Below are positions 1-10,027 of a DNA stretch of 64,000 nt, one piece after another. The stretch spans positions 32,001-96,000 of IMG/VR virus record IMGVR_UViG_2706796482_000001, one strand, 5' to 3'. Position numbers and translations under genes: made by a program. A model generated the notes under the pieces. It saw nothing but the letters and a program-made list of their open reading frames with translations. It ran no database searches and was not told where the DNA came from. Every line of letters starts with the position of its first letter. The first letter of the stretch is position 1. This DNA is from a virus (taxonomy: Duplodnaviria > Caudoviricetes).

Positions 1-429
1 AATCCACAGGAAAATCCCGGTGGCCATTGGGAGACCCAGCAAGACCCAGAAACAGGAGACATTATCCGTGTATGGGTGCCAGACGAAGACAGCGATACTC
101 CAGGAAATCAAGCCCTAACTATCAAATGTATAGTTCGTGGTGTGACAAACGGTGGTATTCGAGTAGCAGGAACAACCCAGCGATATAGTGAAGTTTATGA
201 GAATATCGACTGGGCAACTCTGGCATTCCCAAAGGGAGTCATTCTGTCAAAGCGTGACAGAATTACCAATGTCTCCAATTCAAAGGGAGAACTAATCTGG
301 AGAGAAGAAGAAATGGAAGGAAGCCCAGCGACGGTATTCATCGTTATGGGTGTCACTCCTGTCGTTGACCCCTTCGGAAATCACATCGAGAATACAGCTC
401 TGATTCAGAGGGCACAGGTTCAGTCATAA
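1..429 (+). CDS. Head-tail connector/closure protein (5' truncated by window)
   Basis: Frame open from base 1; lies upstream of tail terminator and major tail genes. Confidence 0.5.
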   Translation, partial: NPQENPGGHWETQQDPETGDIIRVWVPDEDSDTPGNQALTIKCIVRGVTNGGIRVAGTTQRYSEVYENIDWATLAFPKGVILSKRDRITNVSNSKGELIWREEEMEGSPATVFIVMGVTPVVDPFGNHIENTALIQRAQVQS

Positions 430-1229
430 TGGCTGTAGCAAAGGGAAAGGCATTCCTCGCTGTAAATGCCGACACGGTTGAGGTCTCTGCCCTTGCTGGA
501 TATATCACCAATCTTTCAGCAAAGGTAGGAATGGATGTCAATACTGGCCCGGTACTCAGGTTTGCTCACGACAGATTGTCTGAGAGATTTGACGCTTATA
601 TGTCAGTAGTTGCTCCAGCAGCACCAGGTCAATTCCATCACGTATATGACTGGAATAGAATTGGTGTTCCACAGGCTCAGCTATGGAAAAACGTACTAAG
701 GGGACGAGGCAATGAGAGATTTGCCTCATTTGAATTCAGAGCCTCTGTACTACCTGTCCCTTTGCCAGAAGGAGACAAGGTGCCTTTCAGAAGGAAGCAC
801 CGATTCATATACAAGGCTATGGTCATGGAATACAACATGGCTGTGACGATTAGACCAAAGCGAGCAAAGATGCTCGCCTTCCCTGTGGATGACAGAATCA
901 TTTTCACAAAGGGGCCTGTACAGGTTCAGAATCCTGGTGGAGCTGCAACGACTGGTGCATTCACAGCCGCTTGGACAAGTTGGTGGTCAGGAGCCGGTGC
1001 AGAGCAGGTCTTCAATAACGAGATTAGAAGAACACTAGAGAATGACTTCTCAGAAAAGGCAATGGCTAAATTCATCAGAAGATTCAAGCCAGCACGTAAG
1101 AAGGTAACAAAGCTATCCATTGCAGACAACAATGCCGCATTCGCAAATGGAGCCAAGCTCGCAGAAGAGTTCCTTGCAGAGCGCAATAGAAAGAACGCGG
1201 CACGAAGGAGGACAAATGACGAGCTATAA
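429..1229 (+). CDS. Neck/tail completion-type virion protein (hypothetical)
   Basis: 266-aa ORF, translationally coupled, synteny. Confidence 0.5.
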   Translation: MAVAKGKAFLAVNADTVEVSALAGYITNLSAKVGMDVNTGPVLRFAHDRLSERFDAYMSVVAPAAPGQFHHVYDWNRIGVPQAQLWKNVLRGRGNERFASFEFRASVLPVPLPEGDKVPFRRKHRFIYKAMVMEYNMAVTIRPKRAKMLAFPVDDRIIFTKGPVQVQNPGGAATTGAFTAAWTSWWSGAGAEQVFNNEIRRTLENDFSEKAMAKFIRRFKPARKKVTKLSIADNNAAFANGAKLAEEFLAERNRKNAARRRTNDEL

Positions 1230-1767
1230 GCTAACAGGCTCCCATGCAGTCAATGCTTTTACTCAGGCAAAGCTGGTGGAAGCTGGCTTTCTGAATATGG
1301 CTGACTACAAGGTACTGACACCAATCATTCCTGCTCAGCAGCAGCCTGAATTCACCAATCTTCCAAAGGGCATTCCATTCATTGTCTACAACTATGCACA
1401 GGAAGGCACTTATCAGGACTGGTGGCTTGAACACGAGCAGCTTGCTTATGTAGTCTACACAGATGATTCAAACAAGATTAGAGACATCGTTCACTATCTC
1501 AATCACCTATTCCGTAGATTTGACTGGTCTGCTGACGAAGTGAATCAGTGGCTTGCTGCGAATGGAACAGCAAATCAGAAGACTTTTGATATGAAGTACA
1601 TCAGAGTCGTGAATGCGACAAGCATCGAGCCAGCAACAGAAGAGGGTGGAAGGCATTCAGCGATGATTGTTTTGCACGTTTGCTTTACCGGAGACTTGTA
1701 TGGAGGCCCAACAAAGTCCACTGAACCATACCCACCTCATGGCAATGGCATGGGAATGAGAGTCTAG
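1216..1767 (+). CDS. Tail terminator-like protein
   Basis: ATG at 1216 preceded by AGGAGG; PFIVY motif; immediately upstream of major tail protein. Confidence 0.6.
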   Translation: MTSYKLTGSHAVNAFTQAKLVEAGFLNMADYKVLTPIIPAQQQPEFTNLPKGIPFIVYNYAQEGTYQDWWLEHEQLAYVVYTDDSNKIRDIVHYLNHLFRRFDWSADEVNQWLAANGTANQKTFDMKYIRVVNATSIEPATEEGGRHSAMIVLHVCFTGDLYGGPTKSTEPYPPHGNGMGMRV

Positions 1768-1858
1768 TTTGCTTCATAACCTCTGAGCCATTAACATAAT
1801 CTTGAGGAAGTGCTCTAGCCAAGCAACACTTTTTCAAGAAAAGAGGTGAAAGAAAAAC

Positions 1859-2482
1859 ATGGCATATCAGGTTAAGAACATTATCATTGGTGCAGCAGCC
1901 GTTTACCTATCAGCAGAAGACTCTACTGAGTGGACAGCAGCGCCAACCCTTCCAACCGTATCCGGAACTAACAGCATGACCCCTGCACTCGATGCAGACA
2001 CAAGCTGGAAGCACTCTGGATTTACGTCCGAAGGTGTCGAGGTTTCTTACGAGCCAGACTACGGTGAGGTAGAGGTTGACCAGCTACTTGACTCCGCTAA
2101 GCTATTCAAGCAGTCTATGCGAGTTATGGTTAACACGACCTTCTCAGAGGCTACTCTTGAGAACCTACTCATCGTTTGGGGTCAGCAGAATACCACTCTG
2201 ACTTCCGGTGCGAGTGATACGACTCTTGGAATTTCAGCAGGTGCTCTTGGTGACGAGCCAACTGAGCGCTCCGTAGCATTTGTCGGTCCTGCACCACGTG
2301 CAGCAGCCGGTACAAAGCGTGAGCGTGTATATCACGTAAGACGTGCTCTATCAATCGAGTCTTCTTCTCACTCACTGAGAAGGAACGAGGCAACGGTATT
2401 CCCAGTCTCATTCCGACTTCTTCCAGACCCAAGCTTCTCAGGTCAGGAGTACGGTGTGATTAAGGACAGGAACATCGCCTAA
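1859..2482 (+). CDS. Major tail (tube) protein
   Basis: NIIIGAA...GFTSEGVEVSYEP...VDQLLD...TTFSEATLENL motif; GAGGTG RBS; followed by terminator. Confidence 0.85.
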   Translation: MAYQVKNIIIGAAAVYLSAEDSTEWTAAPTLPTVSGTNSMTPALDADTSWKHSGFTSEGVEVSYEPDYGEVEVDQLLDSAKLFKQSMRVMVNTTFSEATLENLLIVWGQQNTTLTSGASDTTLGISAGALGDEPTERSVAFVGPAPRAAAGTKRERVYHVRRALSIESSSHSLRRNEATVFPVSFRLLPDPSFSGQEYGVIKDRNIA

Positions 2483-2500
2483 TCCGATGACTTTAGCGTT

Positions 2501-2528
2501 AGCCCCCGAAAGGGGGCTTTCGCATTTT
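2501..2528 (+). terminator. Intrinsic terminator
   Basis: AGCCCCC-GAAA-GGGGGCT followed by T-rich tract. Confidence 0.75.
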
Positions 2529-2578
2529 GGATTATGAGAATGCGTTGATATAATCTAGTTAAACACATAGGAGGAAAT

Positions 2579-2923
2579 GTGGCAACACAGGTTTACACAG
2601 CGGAGGAGATTGTTCTCCAGGATGGCACAGAAGTCACCCTAAAGCCGCTGAACATTAAGAATCTCCGTAGATTCATGAAGAAGTTCAAGGAGATTGAGAA
2701 GCTAAAGGATGACGACCAGGTAGTTGACTTCCTGATTGAAGTTGGTCAGCTATGTCTTTCATCTCTGTACAAGGAGTACGAGGACACAGAAAAGTATGAA
2801 GACGCTGTTGATATGCCAACAGTTCACAAGATTATCGAAATCTGTGGAGGGGTCAAGCTCAATGACCCGGAACTGATGGCCGCAGCAGCGGCGATAATGG
2901 AGAAGGAAGCTGGGACGAGCTAA
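2579..2923 (+). CDS. Tail assembly chaperone
   Basis: Between major tail protein and tape measure; AGGAGG RBS, GTG start. Confidence 0.75.
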   Translation: MATQVYTAEEIVLQDGTEVTLKPLNIKNLRRFMKKFKEIEKLKDDDQVVDFLIEVGQLCLSSLYKEYEDTEKYEDAVDMPTVHKIIEICGGVKLNDPELMAAAAAIMEKEAGTS

Positions 2924-3222
2924 ATCTAGCTCAACTCGAAGCAGAACTTTTCATGCTCGGCATTTGGAAGAATTTCGAAGAGATTGAGGAAAACTTGACT
3001 CTCGCAGAACTGGAGAAACTTCTCGAAGTAAAGAGAGACCAGGACTGGCAGAGCAAGAAATTCGCGGCGGCACTAAAGGGTATTGACCTTGATGAGCCTG
3101 GCGATAAGGATGCCCCAAGCTTCGATGACATCAAGCGCAGAGCAGATGCCAAGAACAGAGGCGTGTCAGCCGAGGAGCTGGAGTTTGCTGAGATTGGTAT
3201 TGGAATAGAAGGAGATGACTGA
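2866..3222 (+). CDS. Tail assembly chaperone, -1 frame extension
   Basis: -1 frame open 2866-3222, overlapping the chaperone end (SWDELNLAQLEAELF...). Confidence 0.6.
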   Translation, partial: PGTDGRSSGDNGEGSWDELNLAQLEAELFMLGIWKNFEEIEENLTLAELEKLLEVKRDQDWQSKKFAAALKGIDLDEPGDKDAPSFDDIKRRADAKNRGVSAEELEFAEIGIGIEGDD

Positions 3223-3224
3223 CA

Positions 3225-6200
3225 ATAGAGAACATTAATATCCGCTTTAGTGCTACAGCGGACTTCCGTGCGGCTTCCAGAGAAATTGAAGCCATTAACG
3301 CTCAGCTTGCAGCAATGCAGGCTAATTTGGCGCGCGGAATGACTCCTGCTGCACTTGCAACAAATCAGGCGGCATTCAGGAACAGCGTTCGCAGTCTCGG
3401 TAGCATGACTACCGAGACCATGCGTGTTGCCTCTGCGTCTGAGATGTACACCAAGGCGCTATTGAAGGAGGATATTACTCTTCGTCAGGCTCTAAAGAAC
3501 CGTACTACATTCAACCAGGTTCTTAGAGAACAGTACCAGTTGAGTAGAGCCGCTTCAATGCAGTGGAGCACAAATACGCGAGGCGGCTCTACCATGGACC
3601 TCATTGTTCCTCGTGATGCTCCAGCACGTCTAGGAAAATTCCGTCAAACGCTGGCAGCAGTCCGTGCAGGAACCATTTCTACAAACGTAGCGCTAGGCGA
3701 GATGGCCATCAAGATGGGTCTTGTCAGCCAGGTCGCTAACTCCGCAGCAGCCAACATGATTAAGTTTGGTAAGAACACTCAGTGGGCTGGTCGTCAGCTT
3801 ATGGTTGGTCTTACCCTTCCAGTTGTTGCGGCCGGTGCTGCAATGGGTAAGCTCGCTTACGACGTAGAAGCACAGATGACTCGTATCAACAAGGTATACG
3901 ACTTCTCTGTCAACAAGGACCAGGACGCAGCCAAGTACGCACAGGAAAGTTCAACCCTCAGAGCCAATTCTATGAGGGTTGCTAAGAATGCCGCAGAGCA
4001 GTTTGGTGCGTCAATGAAGGACACCCTGACCGTAGAAGCTAACCTAGCAGCGACCGGTGAAAAGGGTAATGAGCTTATTGGTAAGACAACTGAGGTTATG
4101 CGTCTAGCCACCCTTGGTGAAATGGATTACCAGCAGGCCCTTGAAACGACCATTACCTTGCAGTCAGTTTATGGAGACAACACATCCAAGCTGGCCGAAG
4201 ACTTCAACTACATGAACGCAGTAGAGAATGCAACCTCTCTATCCATTCAGGACTTCTCAAAGGCTCTACCAAAGGTAGCAGCTCCTATGAAGACTCTTAA
4301 TGGTACATTGCAGGACGCCGGTACTCTATTGGTAGCTATGCGTGCTCGTGGTATCAATGCTGTCGAAGGTGCAAACGCAATTAAGGCATCCTTCACCCGA
4401 GTATTGAAGCCAACCAAGCAGGCCAAGGACATGTTCCAGATTTTCACCAGGCAGTCATTGACAGAGCTTACTGACAAGACCAATGGTGAAGTCATTCCTA
4501 CTTTCCAGGCATTGCAGAAGGCTACCGCAAATCTAACCGGTAAGCGTCGTCAGGCCCTATTCGCCTCTCTATTCGGTACCCAGCAGACCACTCGTCTACA
4601 GGCAATCGTAGAGGAAATGGGTAATCTTGATGACGAAACAACTCAGGTTGGTAAGGCTTACAAGATTGCTCAGCAGGAATCAAGTGCATGGGCCGACAGT
4701 GCCAGTCGAGAGATGCAGCAGCTACAGCAGTCTGCTTCTGGTCGTCTAAAGATTGCTATTGAATCCCTAAAGGTTCAGCTTGCCGAAGCAGGTAAGCCAT
4801 TCCTTGAAATTGCAGGATACATCGTTGGTGGTGTGACTGCGATTGTCAAGGCATTTAACGACCTTCCAGGGCCAATCAAGTCATTCGCTAGCATTGCAAT
4901 TATTGCTGGTGCCATTGCGGGTCCTGTCATTATGCTTGTAGGTCTATTCGCTAACCTAGCAGGACAGGCAGTCAAGATGGGCGCAGGTCTTCTTGGACTC
5001 GTATTCCGATTCCGTGCGCTTCTGCCAGAACAGGTAGCATCCCGCCTTGCTTCAATGCAGCAGACGGCAGCAATGCAGACTCAGCAGGGCCAGACTCAGG
5101 CTCTTATCGCAACGGTAAATGAACTTACCGCAGCCCTTGGACGAGCAACAGCAGCTCAGCAGGGGCTAACTCAGGCATCCCGAACAACAGCAGCAGCAAC
5201 TGGAATTCGTCCAGGCGTTGTTTCTGGTGCCCCTCTTCCACCTGTAGTTCCAGCAACTCCAACCGTAACCGGACCAATCACAATGACTGGTGCGGGATAT
5301 CGTGATGCCGCTGGTCGTGCTCTTACTCAGGCAGAGGTAAGAAATTGGCAGGCGGCTCAGGCAGCTTCTGCAAGCATTAACAACAATGCCACGAACACTC
5401 GTCGTACCTGGCAGCAGATGGGAAGCAGTTTCCAGAACGTAGCTCTAGCAGCAGGATTCATGGGAACAATGGTTACCGATTCCGGAACCATGGCTAACAA
5501 CATTTCCCAGATGCTTATCCCTCTAGCTCTATTCGGTCCAATGCTTATCGGTCCTATCACCAAGTTTGCCGGTGCCATCAAGGGACTTGTTATGCCAGCA
5601 ATCAGTGCCATTGGCTCTGCTGCTACATCAGCATTTGGAACAGTAGCTACTAGAGGTCGAGCAGCCATGGGAGCAGTTCGTACTTCAATTGGTGGAGCAG
5701 TCGCAGCTATGGGTGGACTCAGCGCAGTCATGGGAACTGTTCTTGCAGTAGCGCTTGCCATTGGTGCAGCCTGGTACATCATTAACAAGAATGTGGCAGC
5801 CTCTCGTAAGGAGCAGGAGAATATTGAAAAGTCTTCTGAGGCATGGGCAAAGACTCTAGGATTCGCCTACACTGAGCAACAGAAGATTGTTGCACAGGGA
5901 ACTCATAATGTCTCTTCTCTGAACGACAAGATGAACGAATTCAAGAAGAACAACAAGGATGCCTACAACGACATTCAGAAGTTCTACGACTCAAAGGAAG
6001 CAGAGAAGTGGGGTCGTGCCATTGAAGAGGGTGTAAAGGTTCGTCTTCACGGTGGTACAAAGAGTGCAGCCGAAGAGGCTGTAAAAACCTCTCTTGCCAT
6101 CATGGGCCAGCGATATTCAAATGCCGAATTCCAGTACAAGCTAAAGGCGCAGATTGACTTTGACGACGTTTCTCAGGTTATCGAGAAGCGTCTAAAGGAT

Positions 6201-9200
6201 GCTGCCACCGATATGCGTGACGCCACCAACTTGAAGTTTGACCAGTCTAAGTCTGAGTCCTTCGGCCGATTCTTCGCCAATCCAGGAACCATTCAGCAGA
6301 AGGCCGGTGAGGCAGTAAAGCAGAACGCTAAGGATTTGTGGGACATCTATGACAATACTCAGGATGCAGAGAAGAAGAGGGTATTTGATAAGATTGCCAC
6401 CTCTGTAAACTCTGAGTCTGTCAAGCTATTTGAAACCTACAAGAAGAAGTATTCCAAGGAATTCAAGAAGATGGGAATCGAGACCTTCAAGGACTGGACT
6501 GACTATCTGAACAAGGATAGCAACATTGAGTCTGGTGTCGCTGACATTTCTCTTGGACAGAAGCTCGGTCTTTCTGATGGAGAAATCCACAAGGTCCAGC
6601 GAGCCGGTGACGCAGTAAAGGGCTTCTCTAAGGAATTCGCTGATATGCAGGGTATTCCAAAGGGCAAGGCTGGCGTCAACTTCAATGACCTGACAAAGGA
6701 ACTTCCTGAGCTACAGAAGACCAAGCAGGAGCTATGGTCTGTAAAGCAGGCTGAGGATGGATACTACACTGCGCTTCGTGAGAGAAGTCGTGTTGGTGTA
6801 AAGACCAGCGAGGCTGAAAAGCTTAACCAGCTCAACATCTATAGAAGATTGGCCGGTCTCGAAGAGGCGACCTCCCTTGAACAGGGATTCCAGAAGGAGC
6901 TAGACAAGTCAACTGATTCTCTTACCGAGAACATGAACGCATGGGAAGCAAACTCCGATAACATCGGAGACTTCACTGACGCCTATAAGAGCGTTATGTC
7001 AAATACTCGTGATGAAGCGTTGTCACAGGCAGAGTCTCTGCTCAATGACCAGATGCAGGGCGAGATTGATGGCATCAACGCTCGTGCAGAGTCACGCTCC
7101 AAGGCCCTGGATGCCGCTCAGGAAAAGGCGGATGACAGATTCGATGCGCGACAGGACAAGACTGAAAAGCGTTTTGAGGCGAAGCAGGAAGCCCTTGACA
7201 AGAGCTACGAGAAGAAGCAGAAGGCGTTTGACAAGCGCTGGGATAACATCATGGAAAACCACGACAAGAAGTGGGAAGGCCGTACTGATGCTATCAACAA
7301 GGCTTACGACGCAAAGGTCAAGAAGATTGATGCCGCAATCAAGGCTGAGGAGGATGCCGAGAACAAGCGTCAGGAAATCTTTGAGCGTGAAAAGACTCGT
7401 ATTCAGCGTGCTGCTCAGATGGCCAATCAGAACATCGACTTCAACATGGCTATCAATTCTGGTAACCTCGATGAGGCTGCCAAGATTGGTAATAACATGC
7501 AGGCAGACCTGGATTCATGGGCTGCCGAAGATGCCGCTGGCTCAAGCCAGTCTGCTTCTGACAAGAAGATTGAGAGTCTAAACAAGCAGAAGGAAACTGT
7601 TGAATCCGAAAGAGACCGTCGTCTCAAGGTCATTCAGCAGATGGAAGAGGCTGAAAAGAAGCAGCTAGCAGCACGTAAGGAGCGTGAGCAGGAAGCTCTA
7701 AACGCTCAGCGTGAAGCTGCCAACAAGGCTTTGCAGATTGCTCGTGAGACGGCACTCAAGAAGATTCAGATTGAGCGTGAGGCTTACAACAAGGGTATTC
7801 AGGCTCAGCGTGAGGCATTGCAGAAGGAGACCAACGATAAGATTAAGGCAACGCAGCGCAAGTATGAGGCTGCAAAGCGTGCCATTGAGCTTGAGCTTGC
7901 AACCCTAAAGGCATTCATTCCACGTAACAAGAAGGAACTCGATGGACAAATCAAGAAGATTGAAGAGGCTTATAAGAAGTATGGTGTGAACCTAAAGGGC
8001 AAGGGTAACGACTGGTCCAAGTACATCAAGGACAGCCTTAACAAGAATATCAAGGTTGCAGCCGAAGACCTAAAGAACAAGATTGCATGGGACAAGATTG
8101 CAAAGTCTGTCGCATCTGAAATCTCCGAAGGTGCATTCGGCTTGACAATTGGTCAGTTCTCCGATTGGGTTTCCACAGGTAAGCTTCCTAAGTCTGGTCT
8201 GAATGAGAAGTCCGGAAAGAACAAGTCTCTAGACGCTCACCACGAAGGTGGACTAATTGGTGGAGCTTCTGGTGGCTCTGGCCGTACTGGATATTCTGGT
8301 AGTCGTGCACATTCTGAAATGGACATCCGTGCCAAAAAGGGTGAGTTCATGATGAAGAACAAGGCTGTGGATAAGTACGGTCTTGACTTCATGGAGAACA
8401 TCAACTCTGGAAAGTTCGGAACTGGTGGAATTGGTGGAGCCGAAGGAATGGGTCTTCCAGGTCTTCTCGGTGCAGGAATGGCTGGTATGATGCAGGCAAT
8501 GATTCAGAAGGGTATTCAGCAGGGTGCCGACATGGCTATGATGATGGGCATTGATGGAATGGGTATTCCTGGAGCGGCTGGAATGTATGGTGGCGTTGGT
8601 CTAAATGCAGAGCAGCTACAGAATGCCGCAACCATTATTGCGACCGGTAAGGGAATGGGTGCAAACCAGACTGACCTTATCGTATCCATTATGACCGCTA
8701 TGCAGGAATCCACCCTACGTAATCTAAACTACGGTGACCGTGACTCTCTTGGTCTATTTCAGCAGCGTCCTTCACAGGGTTGGGGAACTCCTGAGCAGAT
8801 TCGTACTCCTTCTTATGCAGCCCGTAAGTTCTTTGAACACTTGCTTGCAATGAAGGGACGAGGCAAGCTACCTCTATGGGAGCAGGCTCAGAGAGTTCAG
8901 CGTTCTGGATTCCCAATGGCTTACGCAAAGTGGGAGCAGATGGCCCGTGCAGTTGTTGCTGGAACTGGATTCAAGGCATTCGGAAGTGGCGCAAAGCGTC
9001 GTCCTGTAAACGGCCCGGTATCCAGAGACTATGCTCACCACTCTAATCTACCTAGAGCTACTGACTTTGGTGTTGGAGTAGGTACACCAGTCTATGCAGC
9101 AATGAACGGTAATGTCACCACCTCCACAGACCTTCGTGGAAACGGCAATGGCGGATACCGCTCATACGGTCGATACGTAGTCGTTCAGAACGGTTCTGAG

Positions 9201-9626
9201 AAGACTCTGTACGCTCACCTTAGCCGTAGAAATGTAGGCGCAGGTTCAAGCGTTCGTGCAGGACAGCTTCTTGGTTACTCTGGTAACACAGGTAATTCAA
9301 CTGGTCCTCACCTTCACTTTGAAACATGGCGCGGTGGTCAGACAGTATCTCCAGGTACCTTTGGAATCCCTGGTCTTGCAGTAGGTGGAAAGGTCAAGTA
9401 CGACAACACCATTGCTAACCTTCACAAGAATGAGGCAGTTCTTACAGCTCCACTCACAGCAAAGCTTGAGAATGGAATTGAGAAGATTGACTCAGGAGGC
9501 GGTAACACGTACAATTTCAATATCAATGCAGAAGCAATTAACACTGAAATTGATTTCGAGAAGGTTGTTACCAAGGCTCTCGACAGAATCGAAAGCAAGA
9601 AGGGAAGGAGTAGGGTCGTCAAGTAA
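3225..9626 (+). CDS. Tape measure protein with C-terminal lysozyme-like and M23 peptidase domains
   Basis: >2100 aa, helical/coiled-coil; AMQESTLRNLNYGDRDSLGLFQQRPSQGWG and YAHLS...STGPHLHFE motifs; first ATG is 3315, start probably ATA 3225. Confidence 0.9.
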   Translation: MENINIRFSATADFRAASREIEAINAQLAAMQANLARGMTPAALATNQAAFRNSVRSLGSMTTETMRVASASEMYTKALLKEDITLRQALKNRTTFNQVLREQYQLSRAASMQWSTNTRGGSTMDLIVPRDAPARLGKFRQTLAAVRAGTISTNVALGEMAIKMGLVSQVANSAAANMIKFGKNTQWAGRQLMVGLTLPVVAAGAAMGKLAYDVEAQMTRINKVYDFSVNKDQDAAKYAQESSTLRANSMRVAKNAAEQFGASMKDTLTVEANLAATGEKGNELIGKTTEVMRLATLGEMDYQQALETTITLQSVYGDNTSKLAEDFNYMNAVENATSLSIQDFSKALPKVAAPMKTLNGTLQDAGTLLVAMRARGINAVEGANAIKASFTRVLKPTKQAKDMFQIFTRQSLTELTDKTNGEVIPTFQALQKATANLTGKRRQALFASLFGTQQTTRLQAIVEEMGNLDDETTQVGKAYKIAQQESSAWADSASREMQQLQQSASGRLKIAIESLKVQLAEAGKPFLEIAGYIVGGVTAIVKAFNDLPGPIKSFASIAIIAGAIAGPVIMLVGLFANLAGQAVKMGAGLLGLVFRFRALLPEQVASRLASMQQTAAMQTQQGQTQALIATVNELTAALGRATAAQQGLTQASRTTAAATGIRPGVVSGAPLPPVVPATPTVTGPITMTGAGYRDAAGRALTQAEVRNWQAAQAASASINNNATNTRRTWQQMGSSFQNVALAAGFMGTMVTDSGTMANNISQMLIPLALFGPMLIGPITKFAGAIKGLVMPAISAIGSAATSAFGTVATRGRAAMGAVRTSIGGAVAAMGGLSAVMGTVLAVALAIGAAWYIINKNVAASRKEQENIEKSSEAWAKTLGFAYTEQQKIVAQGTHNVSSLNDKMNEFKKNNKDAYNDIQKFYDSKEAEKWGRAIEEGVKVRLHGGTKSAAEEAVKTSLAIMGQRYSNAEFQYKLKAQIDFDDVSQVIEKRLKDAATDMRDATNLKFDQSKSESFGRFFANPGTIQQKAGEAVKQNAKDLWDIYDNTQDAEKKRVFDKIATSVNSESVKLFETYKKKYSKEFKKMGIETFKDWTDYLNKDSNIESGVADISLGQKLGLSDGEIHKVQRAGDAVKGFSKEFADMQGIPKGKAGVNFNDLTKELPELQKTKQELWSVKQAEDGYYTALRERSRVGVKTSEAEKLNQLNIYRRLAGLEEATSLEQGFQKELDKSTDSLTENMNAWEANSDNIGDFTDAYKSVMSNTRDEALSQAESLLNDQMQGEIDGINARAESRSKALDAAQEKADDRFDARQDKTEKRFEAKQEALDKSYEKKQKAFDKRWDNIMENHDKKWEGRTDAINKAYDAKVKKIDAAIKAEEDAENKRQEIFEREKTRIQRAAQMANQNIDFNMAINSGNLDEAAKIGNNMQADLDSWAAEDAAGSSQSASDKKIESLNKQKETVESERDRRLKVIQQMEEAEKKQLAARKEREQEALNAQREAANKALQIARETALKKIQIEREAYNKGIQAQREALQKETNDKIKATQRKYEAAKRAIELELATLKAFIPRNKKELDGQIKKIEEAYKKYGVNLKGKGNDWSKYIKDSLNKNIKVAAEDLKNKIAWDKIAKSVASEISEGAFGLTIGQFSDWVSTGKLPKSGLNEKSGKNKSLDAHHEGGLIGGASGGSGRTGYSGSRAHSEMDIRAKKGEFMMKNKAVDKYGLDFMENINSGKFGTGGIGGAEGMGLPGLLGAGMAGMMQAMIQKGIQQGADMAMMMGIDGMGIPGAAGMYGGVGLNAEQLQNAATIIATGKGMGANQTDLIVSIMTAMQESTLRNLNYGDRDSLGLFQQRPSQGWGTPEQIRTPSYAARKFFEHLLAMKGRGKLPLWEQAQRVQRSGFPMAYAKWEQMARAVVAGTGFKAFGSGAKRRPVNGPVSRDYAHHSNLPRATDFGVGVGTPVYAAMNGNVTTSTDLRGNGNGGYRSYGRYVVVQNGSEKTLYAHLSRRNVGAGSSVRAGQLLGYSGNTGNSTGPHLHFETWRGGQTVSPGTFGIPGLAVGGKVKYDNTIANLHKNEAVLTAPLTAKLENGIEKIDSGGGNTYNFNINAEAINTEIDFEKVVTKALDRIESKKGRSRVVK

Positions 9627-10027
9627 TGGCTATTACATTTGCTAAGCCTCGTCTGATGCGTTTCAGCAATAACGCAGTGACAGACCACAACCGTGGAGAA
9701 CTGTCCATCGACGTAGAGCGAATTGAAAAGAAGCAGCGCATGGCAGACGGTACTATGCGAAAGTACATTGTTGCAGACAAGCGTACTTTCGGTGTGTCAT
9801 GGCAGAACCTACCGCATTCTTCCTCCTATACGGTAGACGGTTTCTGGGGTGCGCGTCAATTGAAATCATTCTTTGACGCCACCCCAGGGGCCTTTACGTT
9901 GGAATTGACGTATGGAGACGGAACTGTGGAAACATATCAGGTCATGTTTTCTGACTTCAACATGAACCTGACTAAGCGTGGAGCTTACGATTTTTATGAA
10001 GTCACACTTTCAATGGAACAGGTATAA
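9626..10027 (+). CDS. Distal tail/minor tail protein
   Basis: Directly after tape measure; RMADGTMRKY motif. Confidence 0.65.
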   Translation: MAITFAKPRLMRFSNNAVTDHNRGELSIDVERIEKKQRMADGTMRKYIVADKRTFGVSWQNLPHSSSYTVDGFWGARQLKSFFDATPGAFTLELTYGDGTVETYQVMFSDFNMNLTKRGAYDFYEVTLSMEQV

